Part shown: positions 51,141 to 61,292 of the stretch, piece by piece
How positions within the stretch are numbered: position 1 is the stretch's first letter
How the letters are laid out: each line of letters opens with the position of its first letter
Assembly: GCF_902196135.1 (NCBI RefSeq)
Contig: NZ_CABIKE010000003.1
Location: forward strand, 37,235-101,234
Reading direction: 5' to 3'
Length of the DNA: 64,000 nt
From: Helicobacter suis
GTDB taxonomy: Bacteria; Campylobacterota; Campylobacteria; Campylobacterales; Helicobacteraceae
The notes under the pieces: model-generated
What the model saw: the letters and a program-made list of their open reading frames with translations, nothing else
Database searches by the model: none
Told to the model about the DNA's origin: nothing
Made by a program: the position numbers and the translations under genes

Positions 51141-51462
51141 GGGTGCATGGGCATAAGCCGAGTTCTGTCGTGGGTGGTTATTTATCTGTGGATGGGTTTT
51201 ACAACCCACCTCTTGCGAAGTGCCGCATTTAAGACTCTACCATGCACTTCTTGCTACGGATTGGGTTTACCTAAGCCAACCCCAATTACTTGGGGTGCGG
51301 TGGGCTCTTACCCCACCTTTTCACCCTTACTCTAAAAAGAGCGGTTCTTTTCTGTGGCACTTTCCCTTAGCTTACGCTAGCCATCCGTTAAATGGAATCC
51401 TGTCTTGAGTAGCTCGGACTTTCCTCTTTGGTTTGACCCAAAGCAACCACCGCCCATGCAAG
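51141..51462 (-). ncRNA. rnpB: RNase P RNA (bacterial type A)
   Basis: The minus-strand sequence contains GAGGAAAGTCCGAGCT (P4 5' strand), AAGGGTGAAAAGGTGGGGTAAGAGCCCACCGC (P10-12 region) and ACAGAACTCGGCTTA (P4 3' strand). The P1 helix is gcatgggc/gcccatgc at the ends. Confidence 0.85.
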
Positions 51463-51499
51463 GGCGCATTATAAAGTAAAATTTCTTAGAAAACAAGCA

Positions 51500-53041
51500 T
51501 TATAATTCACTTTCTGGCAAAATCTTAGACCAATTTTTAATAAAGCGCAAAAAAGGCGAAGTGTCCGGGGGCTTAATATGGCGCACCACCTGCCCACCCT
51601 CCACCCCCTCCCACACTAAACGCGAATGGAGTGCATGTTTTTCTAAGAGCAAATGCCAACTAGCGCGCATTTGATCTTGCATGCGCTGCTGTAAATAAGT
51701 AGCAAAATCGCTATTATCAAACACCACCACCGATTCGGTGTTGATATTAGCCGAGCGCGCATCTAAATTAAAACTACCTATCCAAGTTTTTTGCCCATCA
51801 AAAATCAAGGTTTTACTGTGCAAAGAATTTTTTAAACGGCCTTTGATCTTGAGTTTAAGCCCCTTACGGGTGTATTTGACATAGTGGAAAAAATCACTCT
51901 TAGTCTCATAAACATTAGCCCCTGCCTTGACCAGTTTTTTAGCATACCGTTCCCACGCCCCATAAACCACAATGGCATCTGTGGAGGCTAGCGAATTAGT
52001 CAAGATATTTACCTCTAGGCCTTGATCAAGCTTTTCTGTTAAAAGTTTAAGAAGAGTGGGGCCGGGGATAAGATAGGAGGAGGCGATGTATAAAGAATTA
52101 GTGGTTTGTTTGAGAATATCTTGGAGGGCTTGATTAATAGGCGAGTGGGGTTTAAGATCATGGATTTTAAAAGGGCTATCGGCAATAAAAGAGGCTTGCC
52201 CCTCATAAGCTTTATTTCTCTTATGAAGGAGTTTTTCTATAAAGGCTTCTACCTGCTCATCATAGCTATTTTGCTCGCCTAAAAGCAATTTAGAAAGGCT
52301 GTGGCTGTAGTTTTTGGCGTATTTTTTTAACTTAGCATGGCTTGGTAGCAGGTTAGCAGGGACAGCATCTTTACAATTCCAATAATCTAAAAAACTTTTC
52401 TTAGCCTGTAAACTCACAGCCCCTAAAAACAGCGCGTCGGTGTCTAAAAAATTCTCTTCTAAATCATTATCAAAATAAACATCTGCAATATTACGCCCCC
52501 CAATAACCAAAGCCACATTATCCACAATAAAAATCTTGTTGTGCATCCGTTTTTCAATCTGATCGTAATTGGCCATGATCTCAAAATAGCGCAGACCTTT
52601 ATTGCGGATATGATAGGGGTTAAAGATTTTAACATCAATATTAGGGTGGGTATTAAGCATAATAATATCTGACATGTCTGAATCTAGCCCATTATCATCA
52701 ATGAGTAGCCGCACTTTTACACCTCTATTAGCCGCTTTGTAGAGCTCAGACATCATCACCCGCGAAGAGATGTCGTTTTTATATAAATAAGTTTGGATAT
52801 CTATATTGTGCACAGCTAAACGAATGAGTGCGATGCGCTGCAAAAGGGCTTTATCGCCCTCTTGTAAAATAAAACCTAAGCTTTTGAGTGGGTCTTTTTG
52901 TAAAGTCTTTGCATAAATCTGCCCTAAAGGAGTTTGCAGAGGGTCATAGGTTTCTAGGCTTTTGTAGGGTTCTTTTAATGTTTTAAGAGAGAGACAGCCA
53001 CTTAATAAAAGGCTTATACAGATACATAAAAACCGCCACAA
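51500..53041 (-). CDS. Phospholipase-D-family cardiolipin/phospholipid synthase-like lipoprotein
   Basis: Two HKD motifs are present (HNKIFIVDNVALVIGGRNIAD and HSKTLIFDGQKTWIGSFNLDARS). The N-terminal signal has an LLSGC lipobox. Confidence 0.8.
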   Translation of the reverse strand: MWRFLCICISLLLSGCLSLKTLKEPYKSLETYDPLQTPLGQIYAKTLQKDPLKSLGFILQEGDKALLQRIALIRLAVHNIDIQTYLYKNDISSRVMMSELYKAANRGVKVRLLIDDNGLDSDMSDIIMLNTHPNIDVKIFNPYHIRNKGLRYFEIMANYDQIEKRMHNKIFIVDNVALVIGGRNIADVYFDNDLEENFLDTDALFLGAVSLQAKKSFLDYWNCKDAVPANLLPSHAKLKKYAKNYSHSLSKLLLGEQNSYDEQVEAFIEKLLHKRNKAYEGQASFIADSPFKIHDLKPHSPINQALQDILKQTTNSLYIASSYLIPGPTLLKLLTEKLDQGLEVNILTNSLASTDAIVVYGAWERYAKKLVKAGANVYETKSDFFHYVKYTRKGLKLKIKGRLKNSLHSKTLIFDGQKTWIGSFNLDARSANINTESVVVFDNSDFATYLQQRMQDQMRASWHLLLEKHALHSRLVWEGVEGGQVVRHIKPPDTSPFLRFIKNWSKILPESEL

Positions 53042-53064
53042 CTAACTAGCCTATTTTACCTCTA

Positions 53065-54333
53065 TCAATCCAACAATTCCTTTTTGGGTAAACACATGGC
53101 CGCAATAAACATTAAAACCATTAAAACCGCCACATACACAAAAAAGCCATTTTCTATATGGGCGTTTTTAAACTGCAAGGCCACATAAGTAGCTGAGCCC
53201 CCACACAGCGCATTACCCAGAGCAAAACTAAAACCCGTGCCTAAAGCGCGGACATGTTCAGGAAAGAGCGAAGCAGTAACGATGCTTGTAACAGAGGTAT
53301 AAAAACTTAAAATTGAAAAAAGCGCGATCACGATAAAAAAGACAATAGCCGGGTGGTTCACATAGATGGGTAAGAGCTTGAAGAGAGGATAAATACCAAA
53401 GAAGGCTAAAACCGTGAAAACAAGAACCGCGTTTTTATGCCCAATTTTATCCCCTATAAAGCCAAAGAGGGGTTGGATAACCATTAAAATAAAAAGCCCC
53501 CCCATAAAAATTTGATTCACCACAGGTTTAGCCATGCCCGCGTTTTCTATGTAGGTTTTAGCATAGGTGGTGATGGTATAAAAGGCTAAAGATCCGCCAG
53601 CAGCAATGATAAAGACAATTAAGCACAAATTCCAATAAGGCAACAAGCCTTTTAAAGTTCCGCGATCGGCATGTTCTTCAAGTTCACTAGAACTCTCATC
53701 CATTAGCCGCCGCGCTAGTAAAGAGCCCAAAGCCAAGAGTCCGCCCAGTACAAAGAGAAATCGCCATGCAAAATCCATCACCTCAGCCGCACTAAAAACT
53801 AGCAACACCAGCTCAATAGAGGCCACCGCTAAAAATTGTCCCCCGACAATGGTACTATGCTGGAAAGAGGAATAAAACCCGCGTTTACCTTTAGAACCTA
53901 GTTCAGATAAATAAGTCGCTACAATGCCATATTCTCCACCCACGCTTAAACCCTGAATCATGCGCGCTACTAACAAAAGTAAAATCGCCAAATCGCCCAC
54001 CTTTTCTTTAGTAGGCAAGGCCGCGATGAGAAAAGACCCAGCAGCCATTAAGCATACAGATAAGATCATGGATTTTTTACGCCCTATTCTATCAGCCAAT
54101 GATCCAAAAAACCAAGAACCCAGAGGACGCATAAGAAAACCGACAGCAAAAATCCCAAAAACTTGGATTTGCTGGACAATAGGGCTACTTGATTCAGAAA
54201 AGGAGTGGGCAAAATAGGTAGCACTAAAGGCATAAATATAAAAATCAAACCACTCTACCAAGTTCCCGCTGGCTGCGGCGATGAGAGACCTAATTTTTTG
54301 GGCACGGCTTAGATTTTGCATTAGCGTCTCCAC
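53065..54333 (-). CDS. MFS metabolite:H+ symporter (KgtP/ProP family)
   Basis: 12 TM. A GSLADRIGRKK MFS loop motif is present. Confidence 0.75.
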   Translation of the reverse strand: METLMQNLSRAQKIRSLIAAASGNLVEWFDFYIYAFSATYFAHSFSESSSPIVQQIQVFGIFAVGFLMRPLGSWFFGSLADRIGRKKSMILSVCLMAAGSFLIAALPTKEKVGDLAILLLLVARMIQGLSVGGEYGIVATYLSELGSKGKRGFYSSFQHSTIVGGQFLAVASIELVLLVFSAAEVMDFAWRFLFVLGGLLALGSLLARRLMDESSSELEEHADRGTLKGLLPYWNLCLIVFIIAAGGSLAFYTITTYAKTYIENAGMAKPVVNQIFMGGLFILMVIQPLFGFIGDKIGHKNAVLVFTVLAFFGIYPLFKLLPIYVNHPAIVFFIVIALFSILSFYTSVTSIVTASLFPEHVRALGTGFSFALGNALCGGSATYVALQFKNAHIENGFFVYVAVLMVLMFIAAMCLPKKELLD

Positions 54334-55337
54334 AACCCTCTAGCCTTCTCAAGCAGGCTAGGTTTTTGCTTTTTAACAAAGCGCCTCAGCGTGGCTAAAA
54401 AGTGATGCCACTCGTGAATCTCCATTGCTGGAATGGCTCCGGCATAATTTGTATGTGGGGGTAAATCCTTACCCACAGCTCCCTTACCTCCAATTTGGCT
54501 AAACTCACCAATGTGCATATGTCCTCCTGTGCCTACTTGTCCGCCTAAAACCACATTGCGCCCCATAGTTGTAGAACCTGAAAGCCCCACCTGCGCTACA
54601 ATAATGGAATGTTCGCCTAAAACGCAGTTATGCCCCACCTGTACAAGATTATCAATTTTAACACCCTCTTTAATATGGGTGATGCCAAAGACAGCGCGAT
54701 CGATAGTGGTACTAGCCCCAATTTCTACCCAATTATCAATGCATACACAGCCGGTATGCTCAATTTTAACATGCGCGCCTTGTTTAGTGTGGGCATATCC
54801 AAAACCGTCGCTACCAATCACGCTATTAGCATGGATGTAAACATGATCGCCAATGGTGGTGTTTTGATAGATAGTAACATTAGGATAAATCTTACAATGC
54901 GCGCCAATTTTGACATGATCGCCAATCACCACATTAGCCATGATCACGCTGTGATTACCAATTTCTACGCCTTCGCCCACCACAACATTTGGCATTAAGA
55001 TTACGCCCTCGCCTAGTTTTGGGGTATTTTGAGCATGTGGATTTGCAAACATTTCTACTTTAAAGGCATCTGAAATAAGGGCAAAGGCAAGGTGGGGGTT
55101 TTCTACGATAAGGGCTTGGCTCATTGAGGGGACTTTGTTTGCATGCTCGGCACGGATAAAAACAGCCCCGGCCTTAGTATCTTTAAGCTTTTTAACATAG
55201 GATTTTTGATCCACATAGCTGATATGTTGTTGCGTGGCTAACTCTAAAGGCGCAATCCCGGCTACCTCAAAATCTTTAAAATTAGAGGGGAGGGTGATTT
55301 CTAACGCATAGGTTTTAAGCAAATGTTGCAAGGTCAT
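54321..55337 (-). CDS. lpxD: UDP-3-O-acylglucosamine N-acyltransferase
   Basis: A left-handed beta-helix of hexapeptide repeats runs through the C-terminal two-thirds. The N-terminal domain is LpxD-like. Adjacent to tpiA, as in H. pylori. Confidence 0.85.
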   Translation of the reverse strand: MTLQHLLKTYALEITLPSNFKDFEVAGIAPLELATQQHISYVDQKSYVKKLKDTKAGAVFIRAEHANKVPSMSQALIVENPHLAFALISDAFKVEMFANPHAQNTPKLGEGVILMPNVVVGEGVEIGNHSVIMANVVIGDHVKIGAHCKIYPNVTIYQNTTIGDHVYIHANSVIGSDGFGYAHTKQGAHVKIEHTGCVCIDNWVEIGASTTIDRAVFGITHIKEGVKIDNLVQVGHNCVLGEHSIIVAQVGLSGSTTMGRNVVLGGQVGTGGHMHIGEFSQIGGKGAVGKDLPPHTNYAGAIPAMEIHEWHHFLATLRRFVKKQKPSLLEKARGLWRR

Positions 55338-56086
55338 GCAAACTCCTTAGTAGAACTGATTTTTATGATTTCAAGTAGGTCTTTGGCTTTCAAAGAGGCT
55401 TTGCCAACAAGCACGCCATCTACAACGGGGATATTTAAAATTTCCTCTACATTATTTAGTTGCACACTCCCGCCATAAACAATAAAGGGTGTAACGCCCT
55501 GCGTGCTTTTTAAAACTCCCTTAAGGCGCTCTAAAGTCTGCTCAATCTCTTTTGTTTGCGCGCTAATTCCTGTACCAATGGCCCAAATAGGCTCATAGGC
55601 TAAAATGAGTTTAGGATAAGACACATCAATACCGGCTAGTTGGTTTGTTAAAAACTCTAAAAGTGCTTCTATGCCTTTTTGGCGCACTTCTAAAGATTCT
55701 CCCACACAAAAGACGATCTTAAAACCTTGATCTTTGTAAAAATCAAATTTAGCACGGCACATCTCTAAACTTTCTTTTAAAAGTAAGCGCCTTTCGCTAT
55801 GCCCGATTAAAACAGTTTCTATTTTTTGATTCTGCAGGGCTTTTAGCGTGATCTCTCCTGTAAAAGCGCCCTCTAAAGCAGGGTAGGCATTTTGCATACC
55901 TAGCTCGAAATGCTTAGAGGAACTGAATTTTTCTAAGCAAAGCAGAGGAGGAAAAAGCGTGATAAAGGGAGCTAATTTAGGATCTAAATTTTGCTCTAAA
56001 TAATTCACATAGGGCAAAACATCTAACGCGTACGATTTTAAATTAGCCAAAACATATTTCACGCCACACTCCAAAAAGTTTCTCAA
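55334..56086 (-). CDS. tpiA: Triosephosphate isomerase
   Basis: Catalytic His (IGHSERR), Glu (AYEPIWAIGTG) and Lys (ANLKS) contexts are present. Confidence 0.85.
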   Translation of the reverse strand: MRNFLECGVKYVLANLKSYALDVLPYVNYLEQNLDPKLAPFITLFPPLLCLEKFSSSKHFELGMQNAYPALEGAFTGEITLKALQNQKIETVLIGHSERRLLLKESLEMCRAKFDFYKDQGFKIVFCVGESLEVRQKGIEALLEFLTNQLAGIDVSYPKLILAYEPIWAIGTGISAQTKEIEQTLERLKGVLKSTQGVTPFIVYGGSVQLNNVEEILNIPVVDGVLVGKASLKAKDLLEIIKISSTKEFA

Positions 56087-56180
56087 ACATCTTAACCTAC
56101 AAATCCTAATTCAAAGTTTACTCAAAAATATCATAAATGCGCTACTATTTGGGCAAAATTTTTGAAAGTACGAGGCAGGC

Positions 56181-56948
56181 ATGCAACAAGAGGAAATTAT
56201 TGAAGGGTATTATGGGGTTAGTGCAGAACGCAAAAAAAGTGGAATCTACGCCAAACTAGATTTTTTACAAAGTGCCACGGGGCTTATTTTAGCGCTTTTT
56301 ATGATCGCGCATATGTTTTTAGTGAGCAGTATTTTAATTAGCGATAAGGCCATGGAAACTGTGGCTAAGTTTTTTGAAGGGAGTTTTTTAATCAAAGCAG
56401 GAGAGCCAGCCATTGTAAGCGTGGTAGCAGCAGGGGTGATTGTGATTTTAGTTGCCCATGCGTTTTTAGCCATGCGCAAATTTCCTATTAATTACCGCCA
56501 ATACCAAGTTTTTAAAACCCACAAACACCTCATGGCCCATGGCGATACGAGTTTGTGGATGGTACAAGCCGGAACGGGTTTTGCGATGTTTTTTCTAGCC
56601 AGTATCCACCTCTTTGTCATGCTCACCCAGCCTAGTAGCATTGGCCCGCATGCCTCCTCTTATCGTTTTGTAACCCAGCATTTTTGGTTACTCTACATCT
56701 TTTTGCTTATTTCTGTAGAGTTGCACGGCTCTATTGGGCTTTACCGCTTAGCTATTAAATGGGGGTGGTTTAAAGACTTAGGCATTGAACAATTGCGCAA
56801 AATCAAATGGGGCATGAGTGTGTTTTTTATCGTGCTAGGCTTACTCACCTATGCGGCTTATATCAAAAAAGGCATAGCCGGAAAAGAGGCAGGCATTACA
56901 ACCATGCAACAGGCTAAACAAGCCGATGAAAAACTCCATAAAGACTAA
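56181..56948 (+). CDS. frdC: Fumarate reductase cytochrome b subunit
   Basis: The 255-aa dihaem cytochrome b has five TM helices with conserved His. It is followed by frdA and frdB. Confidence 0.85.
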   Translation: MQQEEIIEGYYGVSAERKKSGIYAKLDFLQSATGLILALFMIAHMFLVSSILISDKAMETVAKFFEGSFLIKAGEPAIVSVVAAGVIVILVAHAFLAMRKFPINYRQYQVFKTHKHLMAHGDTSLWMVQAGTGFAMFFLASIHLFVMLTQPSSIGPHASSYRFVTQHFWLLYIFLLISVELHGSIGLYRLAIKWGWFKDLGIEQLRKIKWGMSVFFIVLGLLTYAAYIKKGIAGKEAGITTMQQAKQADEKLHKD

Positions 56949-56960
56949 AAAGGATTTGAA

Positions 56961-58946
56961 ATGAAGATTGTTTATTGCGATGCGTTGGTGATTGGGGGGG
57001 GCTTAGCGGGTTTGCGTGCTAGCATTGCCTGCCGCCAAGTAGGTTTAGATGTGGTGGTGCTAAGTTTAGTACCTGTAAGACGCAGCCACTCAGCTGCCGC
57101 ACAAGGGGGCATGCAAGCAAGCTTAGGCAATGCTAAGATGAGTGAGGGGGATAATGAAGATCTGCATTTTTTAGATACGGTTAAGGGGAGCGACTGGGGG
57201 TGTGATCAACAAGTAGCGCGCATGTTTGTAACCACCGCACCTAAGGCTATCCGCGAGTTGGCTAGTTGGGGCGTGCCATGGACTCGCATTAAAAAGGGCG
57301 ATCGACCGGCTGTAATTAATGGCGAACATGTAACCATTACCGAACGCGAGGATCGGCACGGCTATATTTTGAGTCGTGATTTTGGGGGGACTAAAAAGTG
57401 GCGTACTTGTTTTACTGCTGATGCGACTGGCCATACCATGCTTTATACTGTGGCTAATGAAGCTTTACACCATAATGTCAAGATTGAAGATCGCAAAGAG
57501 ATGATCGCGCTTATCCACCATGGGGGTAAATGTTATGGCGCGGTGGTGCGCGATCTTATCACTGGAGAATTAGCCGGTTATGTCTCCAAAGGCACACTTC
57601 TAGCTACAGGGGGCTATGGGCGGGTCTATAAACACACCACAAATGCTGTAATTTGTGATGGTGTAGGGATAGCTAGCGCTTTAGAAACAGGGATTGCTAA
57701 ACTGGGCAATATGGAGGCGGTGCAGTTTCACCCTACCGCGCTTGTACCAAGCGGGATTTTAATGACGGAGGGGTGCAGAGGCGATGGCGGGGTTTTGCGC
57801 GATAAAGATGGTTATCGCTTTATGCCGGATTATGAACCAGAGAAAAAAGAATTAGCCAGCCGTGATGTGGTGAGTCGGCGCATGTTAGAGCATATCAAAA
57901 AAGGTAAAGGCGTACCCTCACCTTATGGGGAGCATTTATGGTTAGATATTTCTATTCTAGGGCGTGCGCATATTGAAAAGAACTTACGCGATGTACAAGG
58001 CATTGCTAAAACCTTTGCAGGAATCGATCCAGCTGATGAGGGGAGCAAGGGTTGGGTGCCTGTTAAGCCTATGCAACACTATTCGATGGGGGGTTTGCGC
58101 ACCGATTGTAAGGGGCATACCCACCTTAAGGGGCTTTTTTGTGCCGGTGAGGCGGCGTGTTGGGATTTACACGGGTTTAACAGACTGGGGGGTAATTCAG
58201 TAAGTGAGGCTGTGGTGGCTGGAATGATCATCGGGGATTATTTTGCCCAACACTGTAAAAGCGCGGAATTAGATATTAGTACCCACATTGTAGAGAATTT
58301 CATCCGCGCAAGTGAGGATTATTTACACCATTTGTTACACAATGAGGGAAAAGAAGATGTGTATGTGATTAGAGAGCGCATGCGTGAAATTATGGATGAA
58401 AAAGTGGGTGTGTTTCGCGAGGGGCAGGTGTTAGAGGAGGCTTTAAACGAGCTTGAAGATCTTTATAAACGATCTAAAAATATCCAAGTGAAAAATAAAA
58501 AGTTACACAATAACCCCGAGTTGGAGGATACCTACCGCACCCAAAAAATGCTTAAAATCGCGCTTTGTATTGCCAAAGGTGCGCTAGATCGCACTGAAAG
58601 CCGCGGGGCGCATACACGAATTGATCACCCTAAAAGAGATGATGCTAACTGGCTAAACCGCACTTTGGCCTCTTGGCCTGATCCTAACCAAACCTTGCCC
58701 ACACTAGAATATGAGCCATTAGACATTATGAAAATGGAAATTAGCCCGGATTTTAGGGGGTATGGCGCAAAGGGTAATTTTATCCCCCACCCTCTTAAAG
58801 AAAAAAGAGATGCAGAAATTGCTCAGATTACAGAGGAAATCAAGGCTAAGGGAGGCGATCGCTACGATTTACAAGAAGCATTAATGCCCTTTGAATTGCA
58901 GGATAAATATAAAGCTAGAAATATCAGACTAGGAGAAGAGTCATGA
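56961..58946 (+). CDS. frdA: Fumarate reductase flavoprotein subunit
   Basis: An FAD dinucleotide motif ([14 protein letters not shown]), the covalent-FAD His context ([10 protein letters not shown]) and the active-site HPT/RGDGG regions are present. Confidence 0.9.
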   Translation: MKIVYCDALVIGGGLAGLRASIACRQVGLDVVVLSLVPVRRSHSAAAQGGMQASLGNAKMSEGDNEDLHFLDTVKGSDWGCDQQVARMFVTTAPKAIRELASWGVPWTRIKKGDRPAVINGEHVTITEREDRHGYILSRDFGGTKKWRTCFTADATGHTMLYTVANEALHHNVKIEDRKEMIALIHHGGKCYGAVVRDLITGELAGYVSKGTLLATGGYGRVYKHTTNAVICDGVGIASALETGIAKLGNMEAVQFHPTALVPSGILMTEGCRGDGGVLRDKDGYRFMPDYEPEKKELASRDVVSRRMLEHIKKGKGVPSPYGEHLWLDISILGRAHIEKNLRDVQGIAKTFAGIDPADEGSKGWVPVKPMQHYSMGGLRTDCKGHTHLKGLFCAGEAACWDLHGFNRLGGNSVSEAVVAGMIIGDYFAQHCKSAELDISTHIVENFIRASEDYLHHLLHNEGKEDVYVIRERMREIMDEKVGVFREGQVLEEALNELEDLYKRSKNIQVKNKKLHNNPELEDTYRTQKMLKIALCIAKGALDRTESRGAHTRIDHPKRDDANWLNRTLASWPDPNQTLPTLEYEPLDIMKMEISPDFRGYGAKGNFIPHPLKEKRDAEIAQITEEIKAKGGDRYDLQEALMPFELQDKYKARNIRLGEES

Positions 58947-59671
58947 GTCGCACCATTACCATTAGAGTTTTAAAATTTGATCCCCAAAGCGCGGTGTCTA
59001 AGCCGCATTTTAAAGAATATAAACTTGAGGAAATCCCTTCTATGACGCTTTTTATTGCGCTAGGTATTATCCGGGAAAAGATGGATCCAGATTTGAGCTT
59101 TGATTTTGTGTGCCGTGCGGGGATTTGTGGGAGCTGTGCGATGATGATTAATGGCCGTCCGCGCTTGGCTTGCAAGACTTTAACCTCTAATTTTAGCGAG
59201 GATACAATTACACTTATGCCCATGCCCTCTTTTCCCCTCATTAAAGATTTAAGCGTGAATACGGGCGAATGGTTTGCACAAATGGATGCACGGGTGGAGA
59301 GTTGGGCACATCATAAAAAAGAGGTGGATATTACCCGCCCAGAGGAGCGCATCGATCCAGATGAAGCCCAAAATGTTTTTGAATTAGATCGCTGTATTGA
59401 ATGTGGGTGTTGTATTGCAGCTTGTGGGACTAAACTCATGCGGCCTAATTTTATTGGGGCTGCAGGAATGAATCGCGCGGTGCGTTTTATGCTTGATTCA
59501 CATGATGAGCGTAGCGATGATGATTTTTACGAGTTAGTGGGTGATGATGATGGGGTTTTTGGGTGCATGAGTTTAATTGGTTGCCATGACACCTGCCCTA
59601 AAGAATTGCCCTTACAAGGCACTTTAGCTGATTTGCGCAACCGCATGTCTAAAGTCGGGCGCAACCGCTGA
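58943..59671 (+). CDS. frdB: Fumarate reductase iron-sulfur subunit
   Basis: 2Fe-2S ([21 protein letters not shown]) and 4Fe-4S/3Fe-4S cysteine clusters ([23 protein letters not shown]) are present. Confidence 0.9.
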   Translation: MSRTITIRVLKFDPQSAVSKPHFKEYKLEEIPSMTLFIALGIIREKMDPDLSFDFVCRAGICGSCAMMINGRPRLACKTLTSNFSEDTITLMPMPSFPLIKDLSVNTGEWFAQMDARVESWAHHKKEVDITRPEERIDPDEAQNVFELDRCIECGCCIAACGTKLMRPNFIGAAGMNRAVRFMLDSHDERSDDDFYELVGDDDGVFGCMSLIGCHDTCPKELPLQGTLADLRNRMSKVGRNR

Positions 59672-60904
59672 TTTAACATGCAAAGCCCCCAATGCTATTA
59701 GCCCTACAAAAAAACTACCCTCAATAAAGAAAGAAAAGGGATCAAAACCAATCCCTAGCACAATATAAAAACAAAGCATGCTAAGCATGAGTAAGCAAAG
59801 GGTGGGCTGGGTTTTTAAAGCGCGCCAAAAGAGAGTAAAAATAACCCCCCAAAGCAGCAAAAGTACCCCTAAGCCAAAAAGCCCAGTACGGGCAAGGGTG
59901 TTAAAAATCTGGTTATCGTATTTTTCGGTACAATCAATGGTGTTTGCTTTTCTATAAGAATGGGCTAGTTTGACAATTTCTTCTAAATGCTTGCACTTAG
60001 TACTTAAACTCATACCAAAGAGAGGTGAGAGGCGTACAATAGCCATTGCCTCCCTCCAGCGCGCAAGCCGCGCCCCAATGCTAGAATCGGGGTTTTTATG
60101 CTCATAGAGTTCTAAATCTTGTTTAAAAGATTGATTAAGCGCTCTTGGGGCTTGGATGAGGTGTTTAGTTTCTAAGGCTTGGTTACAAAAAAACATACCC
60201 GTAAAAATGAGAGTGAGAGCAAGCATGTAGGGCAGAGCATGCAAGGATTTTTGCAGGACTAAAATACAAATAGAGAGGATTAAAAAAGTACAGGTAAAGG
60301 CAATCCAAGCGCTTCTAGTGGCACTAAAGAGCAGTACAATAAAGCCTAAAAGCATGGCCAAAGTAAAGGCGATCTTTTCATTTTTACTAGCATAATAGAT
60401 TGCATAAATATAACAGCCTAAGATTGCAATAGAGCTTAAAGTTGCAAAACCCACAATGGTGCTAAATCCATCTGTACGCGCGATTGCTAAGCCTATTTTT
60501 TGAATCAGCGCGATAACGCCATTGATCACACAGGTAAAGGCCATGCTATAAAAAATAGGTTTGTCATTAAGTTGTAAAGAGATTCCGCTCAAGCAAATAA
60601 GAGTTATCGCGCCTAAAAGATAGATTAAAGGCATGTTGAGTACGCGTAAATTATAGCGCCAAGTCTCTAGATCGCTTTGTACAAATAAATTAGGCAGTAC
60701 GCAAAGAAAGGAAAGCAAAAGAGCAACAACAAGCCATTTAAGAGGTTTATTCAACGCTAAGGGGGGTTTGTATTTGAAATAATAGATTAATGATGCTAAG
60801 GCCAAAAGCACCAATAAAGTCTGTGCCATTGGCTTTTTAAAGGAAGTGAGGAAAAAGAGAGCAAAAAAGAGGGTGGCTACCCGATTAAAGGCGGATAGCT
60901 CCAT
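59624..60904 (-). CDS. O-antigen-ligase-like (WaaL/Wzy_C family) polytopic membrane protein
   Basis: The 426-aa protein has about 11-12 TM and a large periplasmic loop. Its position next to rpsO/flhA corresponds to H. pylori HP1039 (recalled). Confidence 0.45.
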   Translation of the reverse strand: MELSAFNRVATLFFALFFLTSFKKPMAQTLLVLLALASLIYYFKYKPPLALNKPLKWLVVALLLSFLCVLPNLFVQSDLETWRYNLRVLNMPLIYLLGAITLICLSGISLQLNDKPIFYSMAFTCVINGVIALIQKIGLAIARTDGFSTIVGFATLSSIAILGCYIYAIYYASKNEKIAFTLAMLLGFIVLLFSATRSAWIAFTCTFLILSICILVLQKSLHALPYMLALTLIFTGMFFCNQALETKHLIQAPRALNQSFKQDLELYEHKNPDSSIGARLARWREAMAIVRLSPLFGMSLSTKCKHLEEIVKLAHSYRKANTIDCTEKYDNQIFNTLARTGLFGLGVLLLLWGVIFTLFWRALKTQPTLCLLMLSMLCFYIVLGIGFDPFSFFIEGSFFVGLIALGALHVKSAVAPDFRHAVAQIS

Positions 60905-60906
60905 TG

Positions 60907-61167
60907 TTAGCGGGTTTTAATGCCTAAGGCGCTAGTTAGATCGGTGTAGCGATCGTGGTGGGTGCGTTTTAAATAATTCAATAGACTTTTGCGTTGCCCT
61001 ACCATTTTTAAAAGCCCTAAACGGCTGGAATGATCTTTGGGATTACTTTTTAAATGTGTAGTCAAATCGGCAATTCTTTGGCTTAAAAGCGCGATTTGTA
61101 CCTCACAAGAACCCGTATCGTTTTCCTGTCTTGCAAAGCGTTTAGTGATTTCCTGTTTTTTCTCCAT
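60907..61167 (-). CDS. rpsO: 30S ribosomal protein S15
   Basis: [20 protein letters not shown]...[16 protein letters not shown] matches the S15 consensus. The start was chosen at the internal Met. Confidence 0.9.
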   Translation of the reverse strand: MEKKQEITKRFARQENDTGSCEVQIALLSQRIADLTTHLKSNPKDHSSRLGLLKMVGQRKSLLNYLKRTHHDRYTDLTSALGIKTR

Positions 61168-61292
61168 ACTCAAAGCCACAACTTGCTCCTTAAGAATAAA
61201 TAAAGCGCCCATTATAACCTAAAAAGTCAAATTTTATATGAAAGATTGTAAAATAGGCTTTCATTTCTCAAAATTAGAGGTGATGATAGTCT

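Noticed and set aside
51117..51408. Two plus-strand ORFs (51117-51335, 51220-51408)
   Set aside because: They fall within the rnpB RNA gene on the opposite strand. The GC-rich structured RNA sequence yields spurious ORFs.
56994..57001. G8 run at the start of frdA
   Set aside because: It encodes the GGG of the essential FAD-binding GxGxxG motif (VIGGGLAG). The homopolymer is a codon-choice consequence and is unlikely to be a switch.
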